From Chrysomallon squamiferum (taxonomy: Eukaryota > Animalia > Mollusca): DNA of 64,000 nucleotides. The notes under the pieces are model-generated. The model worked only from the letters and a program-made list of their open reading frames with translations, was not told where the DNA came from and ran no database searches. The translations under genes were made by a program, and so were the position numbers. Positions 36,770 to 49,886 of this stretch are shown here, piece after piece. How positions within the stretch are numbered: the stretch's first letter is position 1; each line of letters begins with the position of its first letter. The DNA lies in contig CM022669.1 of NCBI GenBank assembly GCA_012295275.1, positions 12,276,001-12,340,000 of the forward strand, given 5' to 3'.

Positions 36770-39700
36770 ATGTGTGTCTGCGTGTGTGTGTGGAATAGAC
36801 AGTATGTTAAATGATGAAGAATTATGCCATTATTGATAGATCAGCAAGTTTTGTCTTGATCAGTAGTCTAGCTGTGACTTTAATTCAAAGACTAATTGAT
36901 AATATTCATCTGAAATTGTATTAATAATTCTAATAGTGGACCAATCTGTGATGAGGTTGTGTAACTGAACATCAATCTACTGAGGGAAAATAAAATTATA
37001 TTATTAACTAATATAAATATACATATCAGACTGAGTTCTTGGTAAAAATTTGTTTGATCCTTTATTAGTTATGATCATGGTATTGTTTAGTGTTATTTAC
37101 TAAAAATGCTGAAATTCTAAAATTTGTTAACTTTTTTTACACAACACTTGTTGAATTTACTTATGTACATTGCTCTGTTTATTGATGCAAAATGCAATAT
37201 TAATAAAGGTATCACAATTATTTTGATTTGATCATGTGTTACAGTACATTTTATTTATTAGTCTGTATTAGCCACATAATGAAAATCTATTTGAGTGTGG
37301 TGGTGTTTAAGGATTTTTGGAAATGTAATTAACTGTATTATAATGGTATGTATAGGGTAAAATATCAGCTTGATATACTGATATACAAAAACAGTTTATC
37401 TGTTTGTGAAGAGGCATTTCACAATTATACATTTACATGTATCATATGATGTAGTTTTTTTAAATGCTTCTGAATACTCATTATTTCCTTTCTTCTTTTC
37501 TCTTTCATATAGATATATATTTTTTGGTTGTTAAAAAAATAATAAATAAATAAGTGAATAAATAAATAAAATTATTCTATACATAATGCCACCTTATGTC
37601 TTAATGAGCAATAAGGCAATGTATAAACACCATGTGGTGTGAAAAATATAAGCTGTCCTTCAATCCTTTCCTACACTTACACAAACACACAGGCATATGT
37701 AATCATGTGCAGACACACACACACTCACACACACACACACAAACACACATGCACACACACACAAAGACACATGCAGAGACACTGATGAACGTTCATATTT
37801 TGTTGTGTGCTTTCATTTTGTCATTGTCAGTCATAAACAATTTGTTTCACTGTATTCTATAATCAGAGAAAAAAACGAAAATACTTTCTATAGGTAGTTA
37901 CAATGATAACCAGTTATCCCAGCATCTAATCAATTTAGAAAAACCAGTTCTACATTAAAATACATTTCATGTAGTCAGAACCAATCAACTGTTGTTTTCT
38001 TTTTAAAATGTATTGAAAGCAGGTATTGACTCACACTTCAGAATCACTGGACCTTAACCAGAAACATGGTTAACATGTTTATAAATATTTATATCTGTGA
38101 TGATGATAGAAATCCACACTGGTGCAAGCTCACATTGAATTTCGTCTTGCTACTGTTGCCATTTGTTATCATTTAAATTATTAAAAGATAACTCTTCTGT
38201 CTGTATGTTAATTATGGATGAAGTGAGTACAGCTAGCTATTCGAATGTTAAAAAGGTTACATTTAATCTATATCTGACTTACCAAGCATGCTGAACAACT
38301 TGTTTATAGCAAAAAACATCCCTTCTTTTGCTCAGTGATGTGCACCCAGGCATAGATAATGTAAAATACATTATTCAGATTTGTGCCAGAAATAAACAAA
38401 GGGAGAAACAAACAAATAAATAAACATGAACAAAAAAACCCCCCAAAACAAAAAGAAAAAACCCCACAAATGCACTTTTCTATCTGATTTGAATCATTGA
38501 TATAAAGGATTCCATAAATCAATTAAAAAAGCAAAAAAAACAAAAAAAAGAACTGAAATGTTACTGAAAAGTCAATTTTAAACTCCATTCCTAAATAATA
38601 TTGAAAATATTCTGGACTTTTAGTCTGGATGAACTGTTACCAAAACATTATGTAATTCGATCCATGTACTTTTTGTAAGCAGACTGTTCGCGACTTTATC
38701 TGTGTACGAGAACAAGGACATTTCGCCAATCACTGCCACACATCTTATTATTAACTAGAATTAGGTGTCAAACCAGACAGAACGAGCAACAGCCTGTGCG
38801 TTTGTTATATTTTACACCAAGGACGTATCAAGATTAATAATCTCGATCACGGAACCGCATTATTGCTCGCACTTAGATTCTGCTGAATTAACTCCTTACT
38901 ATACGGTACTGAAACGAATATTGCTGACGTGAAAATCATGAATGCGCCCGTTAACAGCAGGATTTCAATTCCAACAAGAGGCACGCACGTATGATAGATG
39001 AATTTCTGTTCTTGTTACCGATTCCATCCTTTACTTTGAAATAATAACGGCAGACCAAACTGAACTGATATTAACACCTTGGAGTAGATGATTTCAAAAA
39101 TCATCTGTGATGTCCACTGATTAGTTCACATTTTTCTGCATGATACAGCATCAACAATGCAGTTCCATTTCAGCTCATCCGGTCTGAGGTCGTTGATTTC
39201 CGAGAATAGCTTTTATTTTTCACGCCTTGAAATCATTAAAAGTATCCATCTCCTTATTCTTACTGACTGGATATAAATTAACGTTATTACTCGAAGAATG
39301 ATGTTGTTCTATTGTTTAGCGTTCTAAAAATACAGCGTATGTGATACTGTTATGTAAAATGAATATTACACTATCCAATAATTTAATCACTATTACGTCA
39401 TAAGAGAGATAAAAGAAATCGTCATTATGTCACCGGATGAAAACCACGGAGAATACGTATTACAATAGGATGACGTCATTAATACGATAAGGGAAATGTT
39501 ACGCACTCTTGGACAGGAACATAGCAATAATATAGACAGACAATAACGTAAGCTTTTTTTATGACGTAATTTTTTCCACGGAAACGAAGATTATTATTTA
39601 CTTTTTTTTTTTTTTTTCATTTGCTAGATGGCCTGCATCTACTACGAAAATTATATTTCTTCGTGTAAGTAACAGCTAATGTTCATTTGTTGATGAAAGG

Positions 39701-39774
39701 ATGTTAATGTATGCGTTTGTCAGTTTATTTGCGCTTGTTATTATTACTGTATGTTACTGTATGGATGAGTAATA

Positions 39775-39805
<31 letters not shown>

Positions 39806-40859
39806 TTGACTGTATGTGTATAATAGCAGTAATTAATGACTACTTTTTTGATCGAATCAGCCAAACGGTCGGAAGAAAAAAAACACACACACACAAAAAA
39901 AAAAAAAAAAAGATTCCCATAAATTAATCCTATTTCATTAACGGAAAATCATTAAAAGCGAGCTTAAAGCGAGTAAGTAATGTTTTTAGCACATTATTAA
40001 TGTAATATGTAGGAAATAATTGACTTTGCATTATAAATATATAGCTTTTCTGTCTGTCAGTATTAAATTACTGAAATAAACAAGTGTTCTAGTATGTAAC
40101 TCTGTATTCATGAGATCATAAATGAGATTTCAAAATGGCGACAATGTTTCATTAATCATTAAAAACTCACTAAATTTTTTTAAATAAATGAATAAATAAA
40201 ACGACACGAAAAAAGCTAAGCAACACATTCACCAATTGAAAAAAACAAACAAATTAATAATATTAATACAAAAAATAATAATAAAAACCTAATTAAAAAG
40301 TAGAAAGAATAAAAACAGACCTCAAAAGAGTGATTTAATATTTTTTTTTCTCCTATTGAAGAATAACGTTTTTAAAAAAAATAAAAATGTTGTAATTAAA
40401 CTTGAGTTTGAAAATGTCATCGTACAACAGGTTACTACTGGTATTCGTAAAAAAAATTATATTTATATGTGTATATATTTATCTTGCAATAACTGTACAT
40501 AATGGCAAGATATATTGACTAGATAAGTGTATACTTGTGTGTCTGCGTGTATATATGTATATATATATATATGTATGTGTGTGTGTAACTGTGTTTGTGT
40601 GAGTTGAGAAATAAAACAGTTAATTTTATTTATTTTTGTTTTTTATTTGTTAGGACAACAATAACTGGCATTGCCTCGCTGAATCGGGACATTCTTACCT
40701 TCGCAGGATAAAACTGAAATACTGAGATAGTAAACAGTTATTCTGTATAATGTGTGTGTGTGTGCGTGTGTACTTTCTCTTCTGTGCGTCACACTTTCTC
40801 TTCTTTTTTTGACATAAACTGTTCTGACTATGAGAACGTATGTGGATGTGTGTGTCAGA

Positions 40860-40908
<49 letters not shown>

Positions 40909-42291
40909 AACACACAAACACACACACATATACAAGAAAAGAAGAGAATGTGTGACAGAATAGAAACAGAATTGTTTTCTGTCTGTCTCAGATGTTTCCT
41001 GTCAAACACACGGATTTATTAGACTTAACACATATTGGTTGTCATCGAAATAATGGTGCACAGAATAACTATTGCTGCATAAATAAATCATATCCGTCTG
41101 TAATAAAATCAAATTTATCTAATTTTTTTTTATCTATCCATGAACATTTGTATTATAACCATTCACCGTGTTTATCTATCGTACAAATAAAAGTAAGTGT
41201 CTGTATTATATACATTGCTTGTATGTATGTGTGTATTGTAATGTACAGGATTCAGCTTATATGCATGTGTGTGTCACTGACTTAGTATTTGTGCGTGTTT
41301 TGCACAACTAACAACAACAACAACGACAATAACAACACAGCAATAAGAATAACAATAAACAGTGAGCTTTATGTCATCTTGTAATACTGTGGAGAAGTTA
41401 ACAAGCCAACTTTTTTTTATGATTTTACTACAACAGCAAAGTAAACAATGATAACAAATATTACTCTTCACGTATATTTACTAGACTAGCGCGAACTTCT
41501 AAAGTTACTTAGATCAGCACACGTTGTCATGGTGAAAAATTAAGCACCCAGCCGTTGATGATAGCTGAACAAACTCGATACTTCTTTTGCAGGATGTTTG
41601 TATATTTGTACTGACAGGCACGTTATAAAACGAGAATAACTCGTACAGTTATAGTCTGCATATTCAATAACAATTGGTTCTCAAAGTTTATTAAGGAGTA
41701 TTGTACTGTAAACTTAAAATATTTATTTTATAAAGTAAACGAATTGAAAAAAGAGAAAATGTATATTCAAATATCCACGCCTGTCTGTCTCTGACTGTAT
41801 TTATGGTGCAGACACAGACAAATGTATAACACACGAAAAAAACAACGAATATTTTTCATAACACACCACGTACAGAAATTGACCCTAACAGTCATATATC
41901 GACATACGCATATAGAAGAGAGAGAGAGAGAGAAAAATAATTAGAATAATAATAAAATAAAATAAAATAAAATAATGAAACCGAAATAAGTAGAACATAG
42001 AAAAAAACAAAAGAACATAATTTAGAAAAAACATAACAGCAATAGTTTTAACAAAGGAAAAATAACAGGTAAACAAAAGACAACATTTTAAAAAGTATCG
42101 CATGTTTCAGTTTTGGTTTGGTTTATATCTTGGATACAATCTCCATTTAGCGGTTATTGGACGTGTACATATTTACACAAAAGTAAAACACATAAAACCG
42201 CTTTCTCTCGTTGCCGGCTTACTGATAAACAATTTCAGCCATATCAGCAGATGTGTCATCTGATATATACATAGAGACAGGTATTCATTAA

Positions 42292-42450
42292 AAGCATTCT
42301 AAATCTAATCATGTTTTATTTTTACCTTTGGTAGCGGGGAGACAGGTAACTTGAATACCTTTTGTGGTATTTAGTGATAAGCATTCTAAATCTAATCATA
42401 TTGTATTTTTACCTTTTGTAGTGTGGAGACAGGTGACTTGAATACCTTTT
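42292..42450. repeat. Tandem duplication, 2 copies, period 87 bp
   Basis: AAGCATTCTAAATCTAATCAT...GAGACAGGTRACTTGAATACCTTTT starts at 42292 and 42379. Confidence 0.9.
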
Positions 42451-44069
42451 TTTTTTTTTTTTTTTATATACATTCCAAATACATGCACATTTTTCAAAGC
42501 GACGAACATTTAAAAATATTAAATTATTTTTGACGCTTACAAACGTATATCTTCCATTTTACTTGCTTTTAAAAATGTTATTTGCTAAAACGAAACATAA
42601 TGGCTGCCAATGTATTTACTCCAGGTTAATGATAGACCTGAGGATTGCAGACAAAATGTCAACGAATATAATGTAAACGGACAAAAAGTCAGTGGTCAAT
42701 GGACAAAATATCAACAGAGATGTATTTATGTATTCAAAAACAGCACAACATTTTGTTGTGTACCGGGTAAAGTGCAATGTCCCATTTCTAATAGGCATTA
42801 ATACATAGATCGTTAAATCTTAAATAAATATAATTATATTTATTTTATATATTTTTGTACAAGATCTTATCCAAAAAAAAAAAAAAAAAAAAACCAACAA
42901 GAAACAATAAAAAACATATAATGTGTTTAAAAAATATAAAAATTCCTGTTTCTGTGAACGTGTCATCTAAAACTTATCATCCATGAAAAATACAATACAT
43001 CCTGGCTGTCGTATTATCTGAAAGAAAAAGAAATTGTTAAATAAATAAAAAACATTGATTACCGAGTGTTTTCAATTTTCAGATAATGCAGTATATAATC
43101 AATAAAATATTCTGTCATTGCTAATTCAGCTGAACTTTAAGCTTCGTTCGAAATCTACAGTGTAGATTACATTGATGATGATGATGATGATTATTATTTA
43201 ATCATAATAATTTGTTTTAAAAAAAAATTTGAAAATATTGTATATCATCATTAGGCAAAGTGAAAAAAAGAAACATCTCGTATTACGCTTATTTTATAGA
43301 ATCTGAAAGCCTTATTAATACTAATGTTCATGATTAAGTATTAATTTTTATGGTTTTGTTACGACGTACGTAACATACGATGTCGGACATTTCCGATAGT
43401 CCCTATTGGTAAACCGGCGAGCTAATCATATTACGTAAATGTTTGATTCGGCATCAACAAGACCCTCCTCGGGGATCTCCGTAATAAACGAGTTCTATCG
43501 ATCAACAAGGCTTCTAGCCAAATTGACGGAGAATTAAAAAAGTCATGCTGGTGATTCACTGACCAGTGAAATCAGAAGTCTGAATTCAGACAAATGAACG
43601 AATATTTTTTTTTTTTTTTTTAAATATCCTGTAATATTTTCAAATGAAAGAACGATATTTTTAGAAACAATATATTTATAAGGATTATCAGAAAGAAAAC
43701 TGCTGTTCGAAGAAGAAGAAGAAGAAGAAAAAATCGTTTTTCTCCAAAATAGTTTTCTTTCCCTGACTGAAATAAGCAAGGAATTAATACGAAATTGTAA
43801 GAAGCTTCCGTCTGGTCGATATATTATGACGAAGCCAAGTGTTTATCACTCGAGCAGTAAAGAGGTATCTAGTCGATATTGTTGTCATATCGATTTTCAG
43901 ATTACTATATTTGTCCGATAAGCGATTGCTTTATAATTAGAACAAAACGACTTCGCTGCCATCGTGTGTCCATTTCCTCCGCTTCAGACGTTACGAAATC
44001 AGAAATCTCAAGGTCAGCGTGTGACTGCTTAATAATAGTAAAATTATGAAGTTTTATTTATGACGGTGA

Positions 44070-44490
44070 TAGTATAGAAGAAGAGGAAGACGACACACCA
44101 AGAAAAAGAAGAAGAAGACAAATGATGATAGAAAAGACGAAAAAAAGGTAGAAGAAAAAGAAGAAGACAAAAGAAATTGAAGAAAAGGAAGAAGAAAAAA
44201 GATGATAGAGAAAACGTAGAAATGTTAGAAGATGATGATGATAATGAAGAAGATGAAGAAAAGGAAGATGATGATAATAGAGAAAAAAGACGAAGAAAAA
44301 AGCAAGAAGATGATAGAGAATATGAAGAAAGGAAGAAGATGACAAAAAGGCAAATAAAATATTTTTTTTTTTTTTTACATCTCATTAAGATAGATTTTGA
44401 AGAGCCACAGCCAGAAAGAGAAAAACATGTGACATTTTATCTTGTGTTGTTGGAACGAAGAAAATGATGAAAAAGAAGAGGAAGAAAAGG
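44070..44490. repeat. Purine-rich (GAA/GAT) low-complexity tract
   Basis: Degenerate triplet repeats that generate spurious K/E/D-rich ORFs. Confidence 0.85.
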
Positions 44491-45178
44491 TTCCTACCAG
44501 TTCACAGAATTTGAGAAATAGTGTCACAGAGTCATAGGAAGAATGCGTCTTCTAATTCAGCGTATGCATGTATCTGGATATTTGTTGCGTGTGTATATAC
44601 TATTTATTAAATAATACAAATAAAATACAAATATCTAGATAAAGAATATATATATATATAAACACACTCGTCGTGTTTCTCAATCTCTGAAACGTCTGAT
44701 ATCTCTTTCATGTTGAGACGAATCATTAGAATACATCTAGGCTATCTACATTCTCGTGTAGTTAGTTTTCTGTTACTGATACTCACCTTGGACACGCGTG
44801 ACAAACGAGAACAAACCTTGAGGGCACATTTGTTGAGTATCGCTTTTTACTGTCACCGGATCTTCCTTGTCCAACTGAAACAATCACGATGCACCTCGGG
44901 GCACGTTCTTACATTACAGTGTCACTTTATTGCAGTGACATTGCTTGCTCTGTGCATGGATCAGTCTGGAAGAGACCTAGGGTTTCTTGTTACAATACAG
45001 TGTAGTTTGTATACAAATCTCTTGATCTACTGTTCGTAATGTTACGCTTGTGTTCTAAAACATCTCTGCAGAGACTGTTGGGACTGAAAATCTAAAATAA
45101 ATATAATGTTGCGCATTATTTTTGTTGTTGTTGTTATTATTATTATTATTGCTGCTGTTGTTGTTATATTTATTAATC

Positions 45179-45225
<47 letters not shown>

Positions 45226-45232
45226 TTCATCA
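45179..45232. repeat. (CAT)n microsatellite
   Basis: Direct reading. Confidence 0.9.
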
Positions 45233-46751
45233 TTAATATCTATAAACAGTTATGTTATATCAGACAACACGATATGATTGCAACTATTGCTCGTGTTACT
45301 ATTACTGTTTTATTACTACTGCTACTATGCAACTATTACCACCATGTCACTTCTAATACTACTATTACTGCTGCTAATAATAAAAACAAAACAAGAGTAG
45401 ATGAAGCAGTAATAGAAGCATTAATAACAGAAATATCTGTAATAGTAATATTAGTTATACTAGGAAAAGTGAAAGTGGTTATGGTATGATAAGAGTAGAG
45501 GTCGGAAGAAATAACAGTAACAGTAGTTATTATTAATAATAATATTTTTTTTTTTTGTAGTTGTAGTAGTAATAAAAGTGGTAATAATTATAATACGATA
45601 GCAGTGGTAGTAATGGAAGAATTAATGGTAGCAGTGCTTGTAACAGGAATGTTATTTGCAGGAGCAGTAGTACTTCCAGTAGGACGGTAATCCCAGCGGC
45701 AGTGATAGGAAGTATTATTATATACCACTTATGAAATAATAAGACATAACGGAGACACCTTGGAGTCTGTGTTGTTAGAAGTGAATAAATAATAGATAAA
45801 TCATAAATCAATAAATTAATAAAAATAAAAAAATAAAAAAATAAAAAAATAAAAAAATAAATAAATAAAAAAAATGAAATAAAGCAAAAAAATAAAAAAA
45901 AATTATTGGAAGCTAGACAAAGGACACCTGCACTGAAAACCCACTCTCGCGCTTGCGTATTAAATATCAGCGTGTATGACGTAATGTCACAGTCAAATCG
46001 GTTAGTAACGGCAGTGATGCCCCTTCGCCTCCTTGAAGGTCGTGCAAATTAATGTAATTAGTTTATTACACGTGCAAACACTGTGACTCATAGGTGAGTC
46101 AGTATTTTATCGGTTTTTTCCTTAAATCGGAGATTCACGATTCAAAAATAACTCACACCAATCGGCTGTCTGATATTGGCAATGTGAAAACCTAACACAT
46201 GTAGTTACACCACGAATTACATGTGACACGATAAAATATAAAATAAAATAAAATAAAATAAAATAAAATAAAAGAAATAAATATAGGGGAAAAGAAAAAA
46301 AGAAAGTAAAGAAACAATTATAGAAGGAAAAGAAATCTTCGACTACTGATACAATTACAATTTTAAATAATAATAATACTTCGATTCTATCTTTTCTACT
46401 AAAAAAAAAAAAAAAAAAACCCACCAAAAAAAATCTGGTGATACAGCATGTGCATGTGCATACATATAAATGTCAGTGGTTACATATAATTAAGGGTATG
46501 AATGTGCTATGCTGAATATATGTCGGCTTTGCAGAATAATAACTATATTGATTTCTAGTAAATTATTATATCTGTATAGACAAAAATAGCGATCATATGA
46601 ATATGATGTAGTTTCTACCAGTAAGGATGTATATGTGGATGTACGTAAGTTAGAAAATCGAGTATGAGAGAAATGGTCTGAAGGAGTGGAAAGAGTTAGA
46701 GACAAGAAAAGACAGAGACAGACAAATAAATGAAAGAGAACAGGAAAGAGA

Positions 46752-46756
<5 letters not shown>

Positions 46757-46835
<79 letters not shown>
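46757..46835. repeat. (GA)n microsatellite
   Basis: Direct reading. Confidence 0.95.
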
Positions 46836-46839
<4 letters not shown>

Positions 46840-47621
46840 GGTTTACTTTCATTTATCCAATGGACTTTTTACAGCTGTTACTGCACACTCCAGTAAAACA
46901 TTTTGTCAATATTGACATGGGAGGGCAGATGAACTTACTGGTTACAAGTTCTACCATTCATCGATTCCTTGTTCGTGTTATTCGCGTGCCAGCTAATGTC
47001 CATTTTAATTCCTTTATGTCGACCAGTTTTAGAAGAAATCTCTAGAAATGTCGCTAATTTAATTTGCTACAAAGCACGGAATAATCAGCATTCTTTACAT
47101 ATCCCACACACATACAGGAAATCATTTATCCAGTTAATTTTATATAAAACAGTCAAACATGCAGCTATTAATATACTATAAAAATTCGAAATAACTGTGC
47201 TTGGTTAATCTGCGATAAAGTACAAAATGAGCCTGCTGCTTAATGTGGTATAAAAATACGTAGTGTGTCAGCAAGTTATCTTGGTAACACAACAATGAAA
47301 AAGCACAGAGATTGTTAATTAGACTGATTAAAAACGTGAAATAATTCAGAAAATTAATCTGCAATAAAAATTTGGTAGGAGACACGAAATTCTTCACCTA
47401 ATATGTAATTTGGCACGTGTAACAAATTTTGAATATTTTAGATAGATAGTTCGTTTTAAAAGCAGAAAATGATTCAGCAAGTTTAATTTTGTAGGATACA
47501 AGAAGAAATAATTTGTCTATCTGTCTGTCTGTGTGTGTGTTGTGTATATATATATATATATATATTGAATGTATAATGTATATATATATATATATGTCTT
47601 TTTCTGTTTCACTGTCTGTCT

Positions 47622-47716
47622 GGTTTTCGATGTCTCTATATGTCTGTTTTTCGATGTCTCTATATGTTTGTCTTTCGATCTCTCTGTATATCTGGCTGTC
47701 GATCTGTCTGTATATG
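47622..47716. repeat. 24-bp tandem repeat, about 4 copies
   Basis: TTTTCGATGTCTCTATATGTCTG-like units. Confidence 0.8.
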
Positions 47717-48024
47717 CTCTGATCTCAGTTTTAATATTAATTCTAAATTCTGTGATGAAGAGATGAAGGCATAACTCTAACATGAAATTAAAATTAATGT
47801 TGCTTGTAAGACTGAGCTATCATTTTAATTACACTGCCTGCCGTAGAAAAGTGAAGTCATCAAACTAAAATAAATTTATTGTACAGTTAAGTCGTTGCCT
47901 TGTAGCTGAATTAGTTTCTTTTTTCTGGAAAGCAACGTTCAGATGGCGTCTTTAATCGATATTTTGTCAAAAGGAAAAAGAGAAAATGTAAAACAGAAAT
48001 GTAATTTGCTCGAAATAGCAACAG

Positions 48025-48057
<33 letters not shown>

Positions 48058-48222
48058 GAAGCAGAATAAAATGAGATAATTTTAGAATTAAAAGATAATA
48101 ACAGAAAGAAGAAGTAGAAAAAAAACCCTGTGAAATTATGGTTATTTTGTTTGACAGGTTATAGTATATAAAAGTATCGGATTATTTGTTCGTGAATTAA
48201 ACTAACTGTAATCTCAACTCAA

Positions 48223-48257
<35 letters not shown>

Positions 48258-48259
48258 GC

Positions 48260-48302
<43 letters not shown>

Positions 48303-48404
48303 TGAAAAAATAACGGACGATCCTTATACATGCAAACTGTCAAATTTTTAAGAGAAAATTGTATACAAATCTTTTTATTTCATTTACTTTAAAAAGACAC
48401 CTTC

Positions 48405-48444
<40 letters not shown>

Positions 48445-49049
48445 AATATCCTCTCACATTTTTACACAAAATAAAACAAAAAAAAACAAACAAAACCCAA
48501 ACTAAAAATACGAAAACAGAAAACAAGAAGAAAATTAAAGACAGAAGTGAAAACTACTGAAATGCTACTCATTCTGTATTTCGTAACGGCGAAATTAGTG
48601 ATTTCATGGTTAATAATAATAATAATAATAAAAATGGTTATGACGTCATTTTGAAATTCGGATTGATTTTGTTTCATTTATAAAAGTACGGTTTAACACA
48701 CACACACACACACACACAAAATAAAAATAACAAAACAAACAAAAACAAACTAAAAATACGAAAACAGAAAACAAGAAGATCAAGACAATACAAACTGGTT
48801 TCAAGTTAATAATCGACGTAACAAAAATTGCTTGTTACTTTACGGTTTCATTTTAAATATTTCAAGATAGGCTTTTATTTGATTGCGCTTTTGATTATTT
48901 TTAAATTAAATTCAACGACAATAACGTATTTGCCAAACATTTCCCCACCTGTTTTAAATTTCAGGATAAACCTTTTATTCCTCTGCTTCAGGCAGAGAAT
49001 TACATTAATCCTATTATCACTCCCTGCAGGTTTTTAAATGCCAGATGCA

Positions 49050-49886
49050 TTGGGTGACCATTTTACAGAACAATGTTCGTGTTACACTTTCAACATCGCG
49101 CTCATTTGAAACTCTTTTATTGATCGGAGACGACCGATGCGAAAAGCCAGCTAGCCGTCACACCTCCTCGGCGAAATTATGACGAAAATAACTGGATAAC
49201 AAAAATTAACACGTACTACATAAACGCGAATCTAAGTGCGCTACACACGAACACGTGCTAGTGACAGGCAACTGACAACTGGCATGGGGCTATCGACATA
49301 ACGAATTCGAATTTTTTTTTTTTTTTTTTTTTTTTTTACATCAGTTTACTCGAAATTGATACAGCGCCTGCTATCGACGCCGAAAATCTACGCTAGCAGA
49401 CGACAACAGACGGAAAGAAAAGCAGTGTAATTTATGGAACGTCTGAAATGGAAATCCGTTATCTCTAGCCGCCACGTAATCACCAACGTTTCAACAGGAC
49501 AGATTTAATATCTGAACGAAAGAATGAGTCGACTGCCCGCCTGTATCACTCCTCCGTGACGTCTGCTTTATCTGGCTGTGACCCAAATTCCGTAACACAG
49601 TCAGCGAAGTTAGCTACAGAGGATAGTAGAGTAGTGCACATCTCCTAGGCGGACACGAAACAAAGAAGACTTATTATTCTAAAGCTCCTTTCATTCTCCC
49701 TCTCCGAGTTTCTTTTGTGTCCGTAGTAGTCAGTGAATATTTACTTAATGTACCGAGGGATTTGTTCGTTCAATATGCAGGAAGCCGTTTGTGCTCGGGA
49801 TGTTTTATATCGGTTGCGTACTGCTTACGAAGATATTTGATTACTGAGAACACAAAACGACTGGCGAAAGAAAACAGCCGGTGAGT
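49050..49886 (+). promoter_or_regulatory. CpG-rich promoter and probable non-coding first exon of a downstream, unidentified gene
   Basis: One of the most CpG-dense stretches in the window; CRE-like TGACGTC near 49557; strong donor CCG|GTGAGT at 49881 followed by an abrupt switch to AT-rich intron-like sequence. Confidence 0.6.

Noticed and set aside
44044-45811. K/E/D-rich, poly-I, poly-M and poly-S ORFs
   Set aside because: Translations of triplet microsatellites and low-complexity DNA.
38868-49240. 13-bp inverted match GAATCTAAGTGCG about 10 kb apart
   Set aside because: Matches of this length are expected by chance in a 64 kb self-comparison, and it does not extend.
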